A DNA stretch of 64,000 nucleotides, taken from Amoebophrya sp. A120. Taxonomy: Eukaryota; Protista; Dinoflagellata. The DNA lies in contig CAJINV010000001.1 in assembly GCA_905178155.1 (NCBI GenBank), positions 1,539,904-1,603,903 of the forward strand, read 5' to 3'. A model generated the notes under the pieces. That model had not been told where the DNA came from, did no database searches, and saw nothing but the letters and a program-made list of their open reading frames with translations. Position 1 is the stretch's first letter; each line of letters starts with the position of its first letter. The position numbers and the translations under genes are program-made. This document shows positions 22,637-33,330 of this stretch, one piece after another.

Positions 22637-25399
22637 ATGTTCGGCAACGCAGGCGGTATCACCAGTCTCCTGAAGGATGGAGGCAAGCACTTTGCGGGCG
22701 TCGACGAGGCTCTGCTGAAGAACATCGAGGCGTGCAAGGAGCTGAGCAAAATCGTCCAGTCCTCTTTTGGACCGAACGGCACCAACAAGTTGGTTGTGAA
22801 TCACCTCGGCAAGCACTTTGTGACCTCCGACACCGCGACCATGTTGAAGGAGATGGAAGTCGCGCACCCCTGCGGAAAACTCCTGGTCCAGGCCTCGTCC
22901 GCCCAGGAATTCGAGTGTGGCGACGCGACGAACTTTTGCGTCATGCTCGCCGGAAGTCTGCTGCACGAGGCGGAATGCTTGTTGAAGGAGGGTCTACATG
23001 CCGCGGACGTCCTGAAAGGGTACGAGCTCGCGTTGAAGAAGGTCTTGGAGGTGCTGGACGATACGAAAACCACGTGCTGGACCCTGACCTCCGAGGGGCT
23101 GAAGAACGAGGGCGACGTTGGTCGCGCCGTGAAGACGGCGATTTCGGCGAAGCAATACGGGTTGGAGACGGAATTGTCCGAATTGCTCGCGAAAGCGGTC
23201 GTGCAGGTGACCCGGGTCAGCAAGTTCGAGATGGACAACATCCGCACCGCGAAGATTCCGGGCGGCAGCTTGAGCAAGATATCAAATGCAAAAATGTCTG
23301 GGTTTGGAAGGATGTGGATGTGACTTGTGATGCTATCTCTGGATTCTAAAACAAATCTGTATTGCGTGACCAGCAAGAGGGGTCGGGTTTGTCCTACGTG
23401 GAGAGGGCATTTATTTCTCATGCGGTAGAGGTATCACAAAGCCCTCCAAAAATCTGTGATGCTACGGCATGCATCACAGACATCAGGGCTCATGCAAAAT
23501 ATGCATGACAAATCTCGCAATCTTCCAGACCCAGACACTTTTGCATTTGATACAAGAGCTTCGTGGTCGACGGCATGGTCGTCCCCCGCGACACGCTCGG
23601 CGTGGAGAAGAAGAAAACGCAGGCGAAAGTCGTTGTCTACGGCAGCGGGTTCGAGTTCCAGCAGACCGAGGCCAAGGGGACGGTGTTGCTGGAATCCGCG
23701 GAGCAATTATTGAACTACTCCAAAGTATCGAGTGTAAAAATGTCTGGGTCTGGAAGAGTCATGCTGTTTCTGCATGACACAGAAGGTCTGGCATGGAAGC
23801 TCTAGCATCACAGTTTTCGAGAAGCTTCCGCAATGCCGAACCCGCATGACAAATCCCGCACTTTGGTGGTAGAAAGTGAGCAGCTTTTGCTACCTATGCA
23901 TGAGAGATTTTTGTGCGTTCTGAAATGCGCATGACAAGTTGCTTTGTTCCACACCCAGACATATTTGCAGTTCATACAAGGGGGAGGAATCCAACATGGA
24001 GGCCTGGGTCCGTTCGCTCGCGGACGCGGGGATTTCGGTCGTGATTTCCGGTTATGCATTGCAAAAGTATCGCACTAGTAGTAATTGCAATACAACTTTT
24101 CTCAGAAGGAAAAATAGAGTTTGTAATGCTGATTTGGCTAAGAAACAAGTCAAGATTTGTCATGCATGATTGCAATTAGTACGATTACGATACTTTTGCA
24201 CAGCATACCGGTGGCGCGGTGTCCGAGATCGCCATGCACTTTTTGGACAAGTACAAGATTCTGGTGTGCAAGATCGGGTCCAAGTTTGAGCTGCGCCGCA
24301 TTTGCAAAACGTTGAAGGCGGTCTCCATCATCCGTGCGGGCCCCCCGCTGCCGGAGGAAGTCGGCTTCTGCGACTCCGTGGCCGTGGAGGAGTTGGCTTC
24401 GCAGAAGGTGACCATCTTCAAGACCGCGGAGAGCAAGATCTCGACCATTGTGCTGCGCGGGGCGACCGCGAACACCTTGGACGAGTGGGAGCGCGCGTTG
24501 AACGACGGTGTGCACGTGATCCGCTGTGCGGCCAAGGACGGACGGTTCTGCCCGGGTGGGGCGGCGACGGAAACCATGTTGGCAAGGGAGCTGCAGACGT
24601 TCGGGGCAACGGTAATAATTTTTCTATTTCATTTGTTAAAGCGCATTTAAGAAACCGGCCGCTGGTCTGCAAGCCCTCGCTGTACTACAACTAGGCGAGC
24701 GACAAATAAACCAGTCTTTTCAACAGCTGTCTTTGTTACTCATGCTGAAATGTTGGGCACAAATACAACTAGTATTGAATGAACAGTGAATTCTGTAGTC
24801 AATTATCTCGGCACGACCCCTGCAAGAACTACACAGGTCCCCGGCTTGGACCAGTACGCGGTCTTGAAATTTGCGGAGTCTCTGGAGTGCGTGCCCAAGA
24901 TTCTGGCGGACAACTGCGGGAAGAAGGGGCGGGTGGAGACCATCACCGGCTTGTACAAGGAGCAGGAGACATATGAGAGTGCACAACCCCGCCTCCCCCT
25001 CATTTGTATGGCATGAACAGCAATACAAGCATCGGCAAGAGACGAGCATGTTTTGCATGACAAATTTGCATCGGATTGTAGTCCTGTTTGGGCTGCCAGA
25101 ACTTGTCATGCAAACCGTGCAAAGAGGCAGCGTGTGGATTTGGTAACTTGCATGACAAATAAGGGGAAGGGGTAGTTGTGCACTCTCATAAGTCACAGTT
25201 TCAAAAATCTACCCGAAAAACCATCGGGATCAACGTGGACCTGGAGGACGAGCAGTGCTTGCAAGACAGTTTGGAACAGGGTGTCCTCGACCACCTGGAC
25301 TCGAAGAAGTGGGCCATCAAGCACGCACTGGAGGCGGTGTTGACCGTGTTGCGAGTGGACCACATCATCATGGCCAAGCAGGCGGGCGGAGGAAAATAA
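22637..25399 (+). CDS. CCT8: T-complex protein 1 subunit theta (chaperonin CCT8), 539 aa; exons 22637-23279, 23558-23725, 23982-24052, 24213-24611, 24837-24971, 25196-25399
   Basis: Motifs SFGPNGTNKLVVNHLGKHFVTSD, QEFECGDATN, SKFELRR, PGGAATE, VLRVDHIIMAKQAGG. Four introners and one GT-AG intron (24612-24836) give a continuous 1620-nt frame. Confidence 0.96.
23280..23552. mobile_element. Introner family A in CCT8
   Basis: TIRs as family A; direct repeat CAAGA/CAAGA; junction GGSLSK|SFVVDGMV. Confidence 0.95.
23726..23976. mobile_element. Introner family A in CCT8 (inverted, diverged, readable as GT-AG)
   Basis: TATCGAGTGTAAAAATGTCTGGGTCTGGAA...TTCCACACCCAGACATATTTGCAGTTCATA; direct repeat CAAAG/CAAGG; junction NYSK|GEE. 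Confidence 0.93.
24053..24207. mobile_element. Introner family B in CCT8
   Basis: TATGCATTGCAAAAGTATCG...CGATACTTTTGCACAGCATA; direct repeat CCGGT/CCGGT; junction VVISG|GAVSE. Confidence 0.95.
24972..25190. mobile_element. Introner family C in CCT8
   Basis: TATGAGAGTGCACAAC...GTTGTGCACTCTCATA; direct repeat AGACA/AGTCA; junction KEQET|QFQK. Confidence 0.93.
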
Positions 25400-25979
25400 G
25401 ATTTGAAGACTTCTCAATAACGAAATTGTTCTCGACGGAGATTATTTCTTTGAAACCACAAGTTTAGAAGTTTTTTTTTCATGCGACAATTGATATTGAA
25501 GACAACATTTTTTCACTTCGGGGCAAAAACGTAGAATCTGAATCATCTGTACCACCGATGCTATGTTGGACATGATGTTACACCGACGATGTCTGTGTTG
25601 TCATATTTGCTGACGACAAAAACACTCGACGACAACTTTTTACAACTACTGGCTGCTGAGTTCTTTGTTTATGTCTTTCGTAAAAATATTTTGGGCAAGG
25701 TCTTTCACTTTTTCAAAACGTATTCGTCGTGCGTGCTGTGCTTCAAGTGTGCCTTGTTCTTTTCGGTCGTGGCCGGAATATCGACTTCACGTCAACAAAA
25801 CGACCGGGTTTGTCGAAACCTTAGAAGCGTCAACGTTTATTGATCAAGAACCTCTATTGATCTACTCACTCGACCGAGATTTCGTGCCGAAAATGATTTG
25901 CAGTTATTGGTGCGTTTCGCGTACAATGTTCTAGTTCTTCATCATCTCGCAAAAGAGTCAGCGCGACGGTCTGGCGCAA

Positions 25980-27400
25980 TCCGAATTATATGTCACCACA
26001 ATCTTAACACTCATGAAAATCAATCATAATCAACATCAAATATTGCATGTAAGTTGTAGATGTCCGAATGTAGTTTTAGTGTGATTCTAATTTTTTCAAT
26101 TCAACATATCAATTTTCCATTTGATTCATATCTATTGTCTCTCTCCCTATGAGGTTCAGGTGTCGTATGGATTCGATTCATTCATATTGGATCTCGATAC
26201 AATCATGAGATTGAAGATAATGATTCCATCGGATGGGGATGTGGATGGTATGGATAATTTTTTTCATCTTCAAATTGTCATGGAAATTTGTGTGTGATGG
26301 GGTTGGATGGAAGAATCTGGGGGAAAATAAAGATTTATGAGATTGTGAATTTTCTCAATTTTTTTCCTGATTCATATCCGGATATGATTTCAAAATTTCA
26401 TAATATGAATTGGAGTCGGATAAATTGTTGAAAATGAAATAATTTGAGAATTTCTGGAATATTCTCAAATGTTTGGGTGGATTCTCTAAAATCTTTGTCA
26501 ATTTTTTTTTCATAATATATTCAGATTCATGCAGGATTTCGTTTTTTTTTTGTGTCCAATGAGATGGGATGTCTATGGATGGATGAATTTGTTTAGATTC
26601 AATGTCTGTGTTGTCTCTGGAGAGAAGAGATACAGATTCTCGGATATCCCAAAACATAGAAAAAAATTAAGTTTTTTGTTCTTTTTTAAAGAATTTCATT
26701 TGATTAAATTTATTGCAAACTTTTTCATTCAATCATCTATGAATCATAGGCATATAATTTTTCTCCGAGATTTTTCTTCATAAAATCTCATGATAAAATA
26801 TATAAAAAATTCCGATATTCATCCAGATCGATAAATTAAAAAATCATGGAAGAGATATGGATCGGAATTCAGAAAAAAATCCGAAGATCTATTTCATTTT
26901 TCCACCGGATGAATTCTGATTTTTTTTCAAAATAGATTTGAGAATAATTTCATGGAAAGAAATATGATCGAAATCTCCCATAATATCCATATGACGAAGA
27001 AATAGAAACGAAATATTTTGCATCGGATTCAGATGAGAAATTTCATCACATCCATCGAGATTCGGAAATCGAATATCATTTTCATTGATTCATCACATTT
27101 TCGAGGAAAACAAAAAAAAACATCCCAAATATATGTGTCGAAATGAAGGAAATTCGATCCTACAATGTGTGGATTCGAAATTAGAACTTAATATTTTTTT
27201 AGGATTGATTTTGCAAGAAACTTTTTCAGAATCATTTACGGAGATCAGAAGATTGATGTCGTTTATTCCATGGGAATCCAGAGGATTTTCATTTTCCATT
27301 ATCCCATCTCATGGATCTCTTAAACACAAATTGTGATATTAGAAAACATTCAAATCACCGGGTCCGAGATCGATACATCCGGGTCCGGGATCGATACATC
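25980..27400. other. AT-rich compositional island, function unknown
   Basis: Abrupt drop in GC by eye, few GpC, many GAT/ATC/GGA/TCC words; only short ORFs; ends in a 21-bp tandem duplication at ~27358-27399. Confidence 0.7.
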
Positions 27401-27737
27401 ATGACATGAGAAAAAAAGCCATTGAATCCATTCGCATTCCCCGCAGGATTGACATTATTGAAGAGTTGCGACGCAAGCGGCAGAGAAAGTACTTGCAAAA
27501 GCAGAACCTCATCCAGTTGCAATCTTATTCTTCTCCACCTCTGAGTTATGATTTCTTGCATTTTCAATTTGTTTTCGATTGCTTCTTTTATGTTCATTTC
27601 TGAGTGTTCTTGTTTGTTCAGTTTCTATCTGAAGAGTTTGCATTTTGCTCAGTGCTTTGTTTGGCTCTCAAGTGTGAAAAACTTCACCGACTTCCTGCGT
27701 AACCAAGCCACCTCGTCAAACCGCTGTCCAGCACGGA

Positions 27738-30700
27738 CTACATGACCAGGTACTCCGAGTAGCCTTTGCGGGTTTTGGCGGGCGGACAGACTTATGGACT
27801 GCAAAAGTATCGTACTCGTATAAATGCATTACAAATTTTCTCAGCATGAGAAAGAAAATTTGTCATGCTGATTTACTCTAAGAAAAATTTTTGTAATGCA
27901 AGATTTGCATTTATACGAATACGATACTTTTGCACAGGATAAGATTTGTTGAAAATTGCGCAGCACTTTTTCCAATGGAATGCCGGCACAGTGCGTGAAA
28001 GATTCGGCTTCCTCGTCCAGCACTTGTTGACCGTTCTTTATGCCGTCTGGTGCCAGGACGAGGGGCAAAAGTGATTTCTGTGTTGCATCTGAACTGTCAA
28101 TGTCGGACGAGCTAGGTTCAATATTCCCATACAGTGGGTAGAAAGACTGAAACCCGGCGGCGTCCAAGGTCTTGGCGTAATGAATGAGAAGACGCACGTC
28201 GGATGCGTCGAGTCGCTGCAATTTGCGGTTCCTCGGGTCTGCATCCTGGTGGTCCACTTTTCGGCCGGCGAGGTGCGGCAGCGCAAAACACTGCTCGGGA
28301 TTCTCGTATTCCCTGGCATTCCACAGTTCCAGCAGTCGTGCGGCCTGGTGTGGACAGGGAACCGTCTGGTTGTACAGGGAACAGTTTCGCAACGGATGTA
28401 TGAAGTTGTCCAACGGCATCTGCCCGGTCCAAACCTGGAAGTCCGGCGCATCGCGCAGAAAACACAGCGGGTTTAGGGTCTGGTGTTGCTTTTTCCTTAT
28501 TTTCAGATGGCCTTGGAGCTGCTGCTGGGAAAAGCGGTCGCTGAGGTTGTTTTTCCCTGTCCACGGACGTACTCGCGACAAAATGTTGCCAGAATACACG
28601 AGCTGGCTCGGGTTACTCAATGCGTCCTCCTCGGCGTCGCACGCCTCGTAGCCCTCGCCACTGAGCCGGTGCTGATAGGCGGCGTTCAGAACGCCCAGGC
28701 GGATGTAGGAGCGGAGATCGAGCTGGAGGTAGTAGGGATCGTAAAACCCGCACGTGAGCATGTCGTCGCGGATGTTGGCGAAAAATTTCGAGTCCAGCTG
28801 ATCGGCAGACTTCGCCACGTAGCAGTCGTAGAAGCCGAATTCGTGCATCAACATCGCGCCCACCGCCTCGGTTACTGCGATCCACTCCGCTGGACTGTTG
28901 ACGCCAATCACGAAGTCCACGTCGTCGTCGATCACATCCTGGCGTCCGTCGGTGAGGTCCCCCACAATACTCCCATACCGCATATCAAATGCAAAAATGT
29001 CTGGGTCTGGAAGAACGCAAGATTTGTCATGCTCGGCTAGCCTGACTCTCAATTCTGTCATGCACGTTACCCAAGAACCGCTCGCTTTCTGTCATGCGAG
29101 AACGCAGTTTGTTATGCAGAATAGACTACACCGTCACCGACCACCTCAGAAACTCGTCATGCTAGAACGGCAATTGCGGCACCCTAATCATTCGCCAACC
29201 AGCATCACAAGGTCCCAGACCCAGACACATTTGCAATGGATACCGCAGTGCGCCAATCAACGTTCCACCCGCGGGCCACCACTCCGCGACGTTGCACCGG
29301 CGGAAGACCTCGATGGCGCGCAGCGTGATCTCCTTCAGTTCTAAATCATACGCGGTCGCGTTGAAGTCCGGGCTCTGCATGGGTTGGCAAACCAGTGGCT
29401 TGTTTTCCCTTTTCCGCTCCTCGTTGACGCCGGCGCAGGAGAGTTTGCTGCGCTTGTGCTTGATGCTCAGCTCGCGGCGACTGTCAAACCCGCCCAGGAT
29501 GGTGTCCGCCACGGAAACTAAATTCGCGTATCCCTGCGAAATGAGATGCGCCCAGGATCCCACGTCGGAGGCAATTTGCGGCACGCTGCGGTGGGCCCAG
29601 CCGTCCTGGTAGGGCAGAATCACCGTGGTTTGCCACTTCCGCAGCATCGTGTCCCACAGGGCCTGAAATTCCAGCAGTTGGATCTTGCTGGTCTCGCCCC
29701 AGGGGCGCCCGCTGGACAACGCGGTCAGGAGCTCCGTCCCCGTGTAGAGTGCGGCGTGCAGGGCGTTTGTGATGAGCACGGGGAAACACTTCTGCGCTAG
29801 CCAGGTGACATCCGTGTAAGCAACTAAATTGATCATCTCTTGCATATGCGTGCGTACGTGTTCCATATACGCGGGCTCTTCAGACTTGCACTGAGCTTTC
29901 CCGTCCCGTAAAATATGCTCTACCGCAGCATCCAGCTCCTCCGCCGGCGGCCTCTCGGAAGTTGTTGAGCTGCTTGATGGCAACACGTCGCTCACCCCCG
30001 CCTCAGGTCGTGCAGGTTCTACTCCGTTGCTGTTCGTCAATTCCTCGAGGAAGGCCGCCTCTTCTTGCTGTTGGCGCGCTCGTTCGGCCGAGAAAAGGGC
30101 GGCAGTGGCATTGTGTGCCTTTTCCACTGTCGCATCGGGGAAAGTTTGCCTCCTTTGGAAGAAAAACCAGGCACGGTCAATGTCCAAAAGATCGCAGTTT
30201 ACGGTTTGGTCGGTCGCACCGAAGCGGTCAAACGGCGCCAATTCCGTCTTGATTTTCATTACATCCGCGGCGCCCTCCATGAAAAGATGAAAGAAATTGA
30301 CGTCCTTGGAATGAAAGGGGGCGACGCGGCTTTCCAGCTCGATCATTTCCTGGGTGCGCTCGACGCACTATAACAGTGCACAACTCCCACTCGCCCTCAT
30401 TTGTATAGCATGAACGGCAATACAAGTGTCAGCAAGAATGCAGGTTTTGCATGACAAATTTGCACAGGAGTGTAGTGCTATATGGGCTGCCTGAACGTGT
30501 CATGCAAAAAGTGCCAAAAGGCAGAGGCACAGGATTTGGTATTTTGCATTACAAATGGGGGGGAGCAGGGGGGGTTGTGCACTCTCATACGCACTCGGCC
30601 CCGGCGGCGTAGTGCTCTACCACGCCAGGAAATTCGCGCGTCAACACGCGTGCCGTGGCAAAGGCCTGTACCGGGCGCGTCCGCCGCGGCTGGTCGACCG

Positions 30701-32881
30701 GAAGGGCGTGTTTCTGCAGGGCGGAGGCCCAGAAGGTGAGAAAGCCGTTATTGAGAGGAAAAATCCCCCCTCCCCATATCGAAAAGGTATGCTTCCGCAA
30801 ATTTGTGTTGCTGATTTGAGCCTTAGTTCCCCATGATATCCGTAGGCCAGACGTCGGGGGTCCCTCACCCGACACGCCATTTGGCCACAAATCACGTCTA
30901 TCTTGCAGGAAGAAAAGCGCAGAGGCTTCCGCGCCATTATGGAAGCGATTTGGCATGCTGCTGGGCCTAGGGGGGAGCCGTTTGCAATGCTAAACAACTA
31001 GACCCAAACGCCCCTACCTAGGCTGGGGATCTGGCTGCGATGCCTTATTGCAAGACAGCGCGCATTTGTGTACGGAAATCCCGCATCAGAAACTTCGTCT
31101 CGATATGGGGAGGGGGGATTTTTCCTTACGATAGCCGTACGCCTGCATCACCAAGGGAAAATGGGGATCATCGGTTCGAACGTAAATCGGCATATCCTGT
31201 GCAAAAGTATCGTACTCGTAGTAATCGCAATCATGCATTACAAATTTCCATCCGAAGGTAAAACAGCATGACAAATTCCATTTGTCATGCTAACCGAATT
31301 TGTAATGCGATTTCTACTAGTACGATGCTTTTGCAATGCATACGGCAGGGGGCGTTGCCATTTCCACTGGTGTCGCGGCAGGTCTAGATCGCTGGAAGCG
31401 GATAATTTTTTTGCGCTGATAGTTGCACCGCCTCGGTTAGAAGAAGTTGCGGTCGACGTACTGGGGAACATCGCGGTGTGATTTCTTGGAAAAAGGACGC
31501 CTCCGTATGCGCGCCGCAGCTCTAGAATCTCGCGGAGCAGCTCCTTGCGCTTGTGAAAAGGGGGCCGCAGCATCTCGTACATGATCCCATTTGCGACGTG
31601 CTCTACCAGGTCGGATAGTCGCAGCACTTCGTGCACAAAGGTCAACAGCGGACAGACCTTGCGGGCATGCGCCAGTATCATCTGCATGGCGCCGCTCATC
31701 TGCGGCAAGTGGCGCATCCATCGAGACAAATCTAGCTGCTGGCTACCGAATTGGTCGAGGGACGCGTGGAAAAACAGCCGCTTCGATGATATCTCCTTTC
31801 CGGTTGTTTCTCCTACAGTTCCCGCAACGTAGTAGTTCTTCGACGGAGAGGAGTCACCCCGTCCCGGTCCACTTCGCCTTTGCTCCGCCCTTGTCGCGTC
31901 ATACAGGGCATTCCGCTCGCGAAGGCGCTGGCTCTCACCCTCGCCCCCGAGGTACTCCGGGAACCAGATTTCCTCCTTTCCCCTCGCGGGCCAGTGCTGC
32001 AGGTACCACTTGGAATCACGCACCCGAAAAATGTCGAACAGCAGCTCCTTGTATCGACGGAAAAAGTTATCCAGCACTTCCCCAGTGGAAAGTCGGTAAG
32101 TTTCCTGGGGACATGCAGGCAGTGGAGGATCTTCGGCCCCCTCGGGACGTCCTGTTTCGGCCGCCGGAGGACGAGGTTTTGCTCCTGTACTTGCGTCCTC
32201 TTTATCGTCATCCTGATTCTTGCTAGCAGTGTTTCCAGTTTCCCTCGGATGTAGTTCGGATGTATCCTCAGAAAAAACCCCATCCAAATCCATTCTTTGC
32301 ATGACAAACACGCGAGTTGGTGCGTGTTTTGCATGACAAATTGGATGTGGATTGGGTTTTTTCTGTGGATAGGCTGGGCGTGCGTAGGAGAGGGCAACGC
32401 GCGCTGGCAAGCTGTCTGCGTCCCCGAGGTTCAGAACTTGTCTTACCCGTGGCGCGTGGTGGATGGGTTGCGCCACGACGCAAAAGGTAGTAGTGCCGCC
32501 CCCGCGGTCGCACTGGGTGCTGTCCCGCCCGCATTCCTGGACAGTCCATGGCTCCTCTTCGGCAAAAAGAACCAGGTGGAGCACTAGAAGTGACAAGACG
32601 ACGACAAGGAGTCTCTTGTGACACTGTGTAGTCCAAGTCCTTGTCAAAGACAGTAAAGAATGCTGGCTTCTGCTGAGTGTAAGTAGACCTCTACAGCTTC
32701 GTTTCCCAGCCTGCCCTTGGAGGTGCCGACCGGGGGATAATACCGACGCATGGACGAAATCGAAAATTTGTGAATAGACAGAAGGAGAAGAACGAAAAAG
32801 AGACCGAGAAGCTGTACCTGCCACACAGTAGAAATTTTTGATACAGGTACGGAGCTGCAACAGCAGTATCTCTAATGGCAT
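27738..32881 (-). CDS. LicD/fukutin-like nucleotidyltransferase-fold protein with N-terminal membrane anchor, ~1279 aa; exons 32881-32372, 32257-31343, 31187-31134, 30743-30590, 30363-29243, 28977-27942, 27787-27738
   Basis: Reconstituted motif WWPAGGTLIGALR|YGS...DDDVDF (LicD-type GTLxGAxR...DDDxD); hydrophobic LLVVVLSLLVLHLVLFA. Removing six introners gives a 3840-nt frame. Start codon uncertain. Confidence 0.8.
27793..27941. mobile_element. Introner family B
   Basis: TATGGACTGCAAAAGTATCGTA...TACGATACTTTTGCACAGGATA; direct repeat AGACT/AGATT. Confidence 0.9.
28983..29242. mobile_element. Introner with family A ends and a different body
   Basis: TATCAAATGCAAAAATGTCTGGGTCTGG...CCAGACCCAGACACATTTGCAATGGATA; direct repeat CCGCA/CCGCA; splits the LicD motif GALR|YG. 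Confidence 0.93.
30369..30589. mobile_element. Introner family C
   Basis: TATAACAGTGCACAAC...GTTGTGCACTCTCATA; direct repeat CGCAC/CGCAC; body collinear with 24972. Confidence 0.93.
30749..31133. mobile_element. Introner family D (body D2)
   Basis: TATTGAGAGGAAAAATCCCCCCTCCCCATATCGA...TCGATATGGGGAGGGGGGATTTTTCCTTACGATA; direct repeat GCCGT/GCCGT. Confidence 0.93.
31193..31342. mobile_element. Introner family B
   Basis: TATCCTGTGCAAAAGTATCGTACT...AGTACGATGCTTTTGCAATGCATA; direct repeat CGGCA/CGGCA. Confidence 0.93.
32263..32371. mobile_element. Introner family E (109 bp, in frame, no stop codon)
   Basis: TATCCTCAGAAAAAACCC...GGGTTTTTTCTGTGGATA; direct repeat GGATG/GGCTG; two TTTGCATGACAAA motifs. 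Confidence 0.88.
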
Positions 32882-33330
32882 GCTCCTGGTGCTACATTTT
32901 TGTTAGTTTTTCCCAACCGACATACACATACTACAGAAACCCGAACTAGAGGAGACTGTGGTGAGTTTATTTGTCTTTATACATAGAGGAGACCGTAGTT
33001 GTAGTGCAACTTAAGAAAAAAATAAAGAGCGGTCTTCAGAATCTGTGCTTTTTATGAACGTAGTCTGGTTGTTAAGATCGTTGTGGTCGAAACGTCGACC
33101 GGTTTCGACTTACATGTTATCAGGCGACGGCAAGAACACTGTCGCAAGTGTGTACTTCTTGGTACACCAAATCAGGTGTGTTCGATTTCGTCGGTTGGTA
33201 AATAGCGGTCATCTCATCTTGGATACGACTGCTCATGGGGTAGAAACAAAATGGTCATTTCTGAATACTCCCGTTATTTTTCTGGGTTCTATGACTCATT
33301 TCTCGAAGTTTTCTGTTTGTTTCACGAGTT

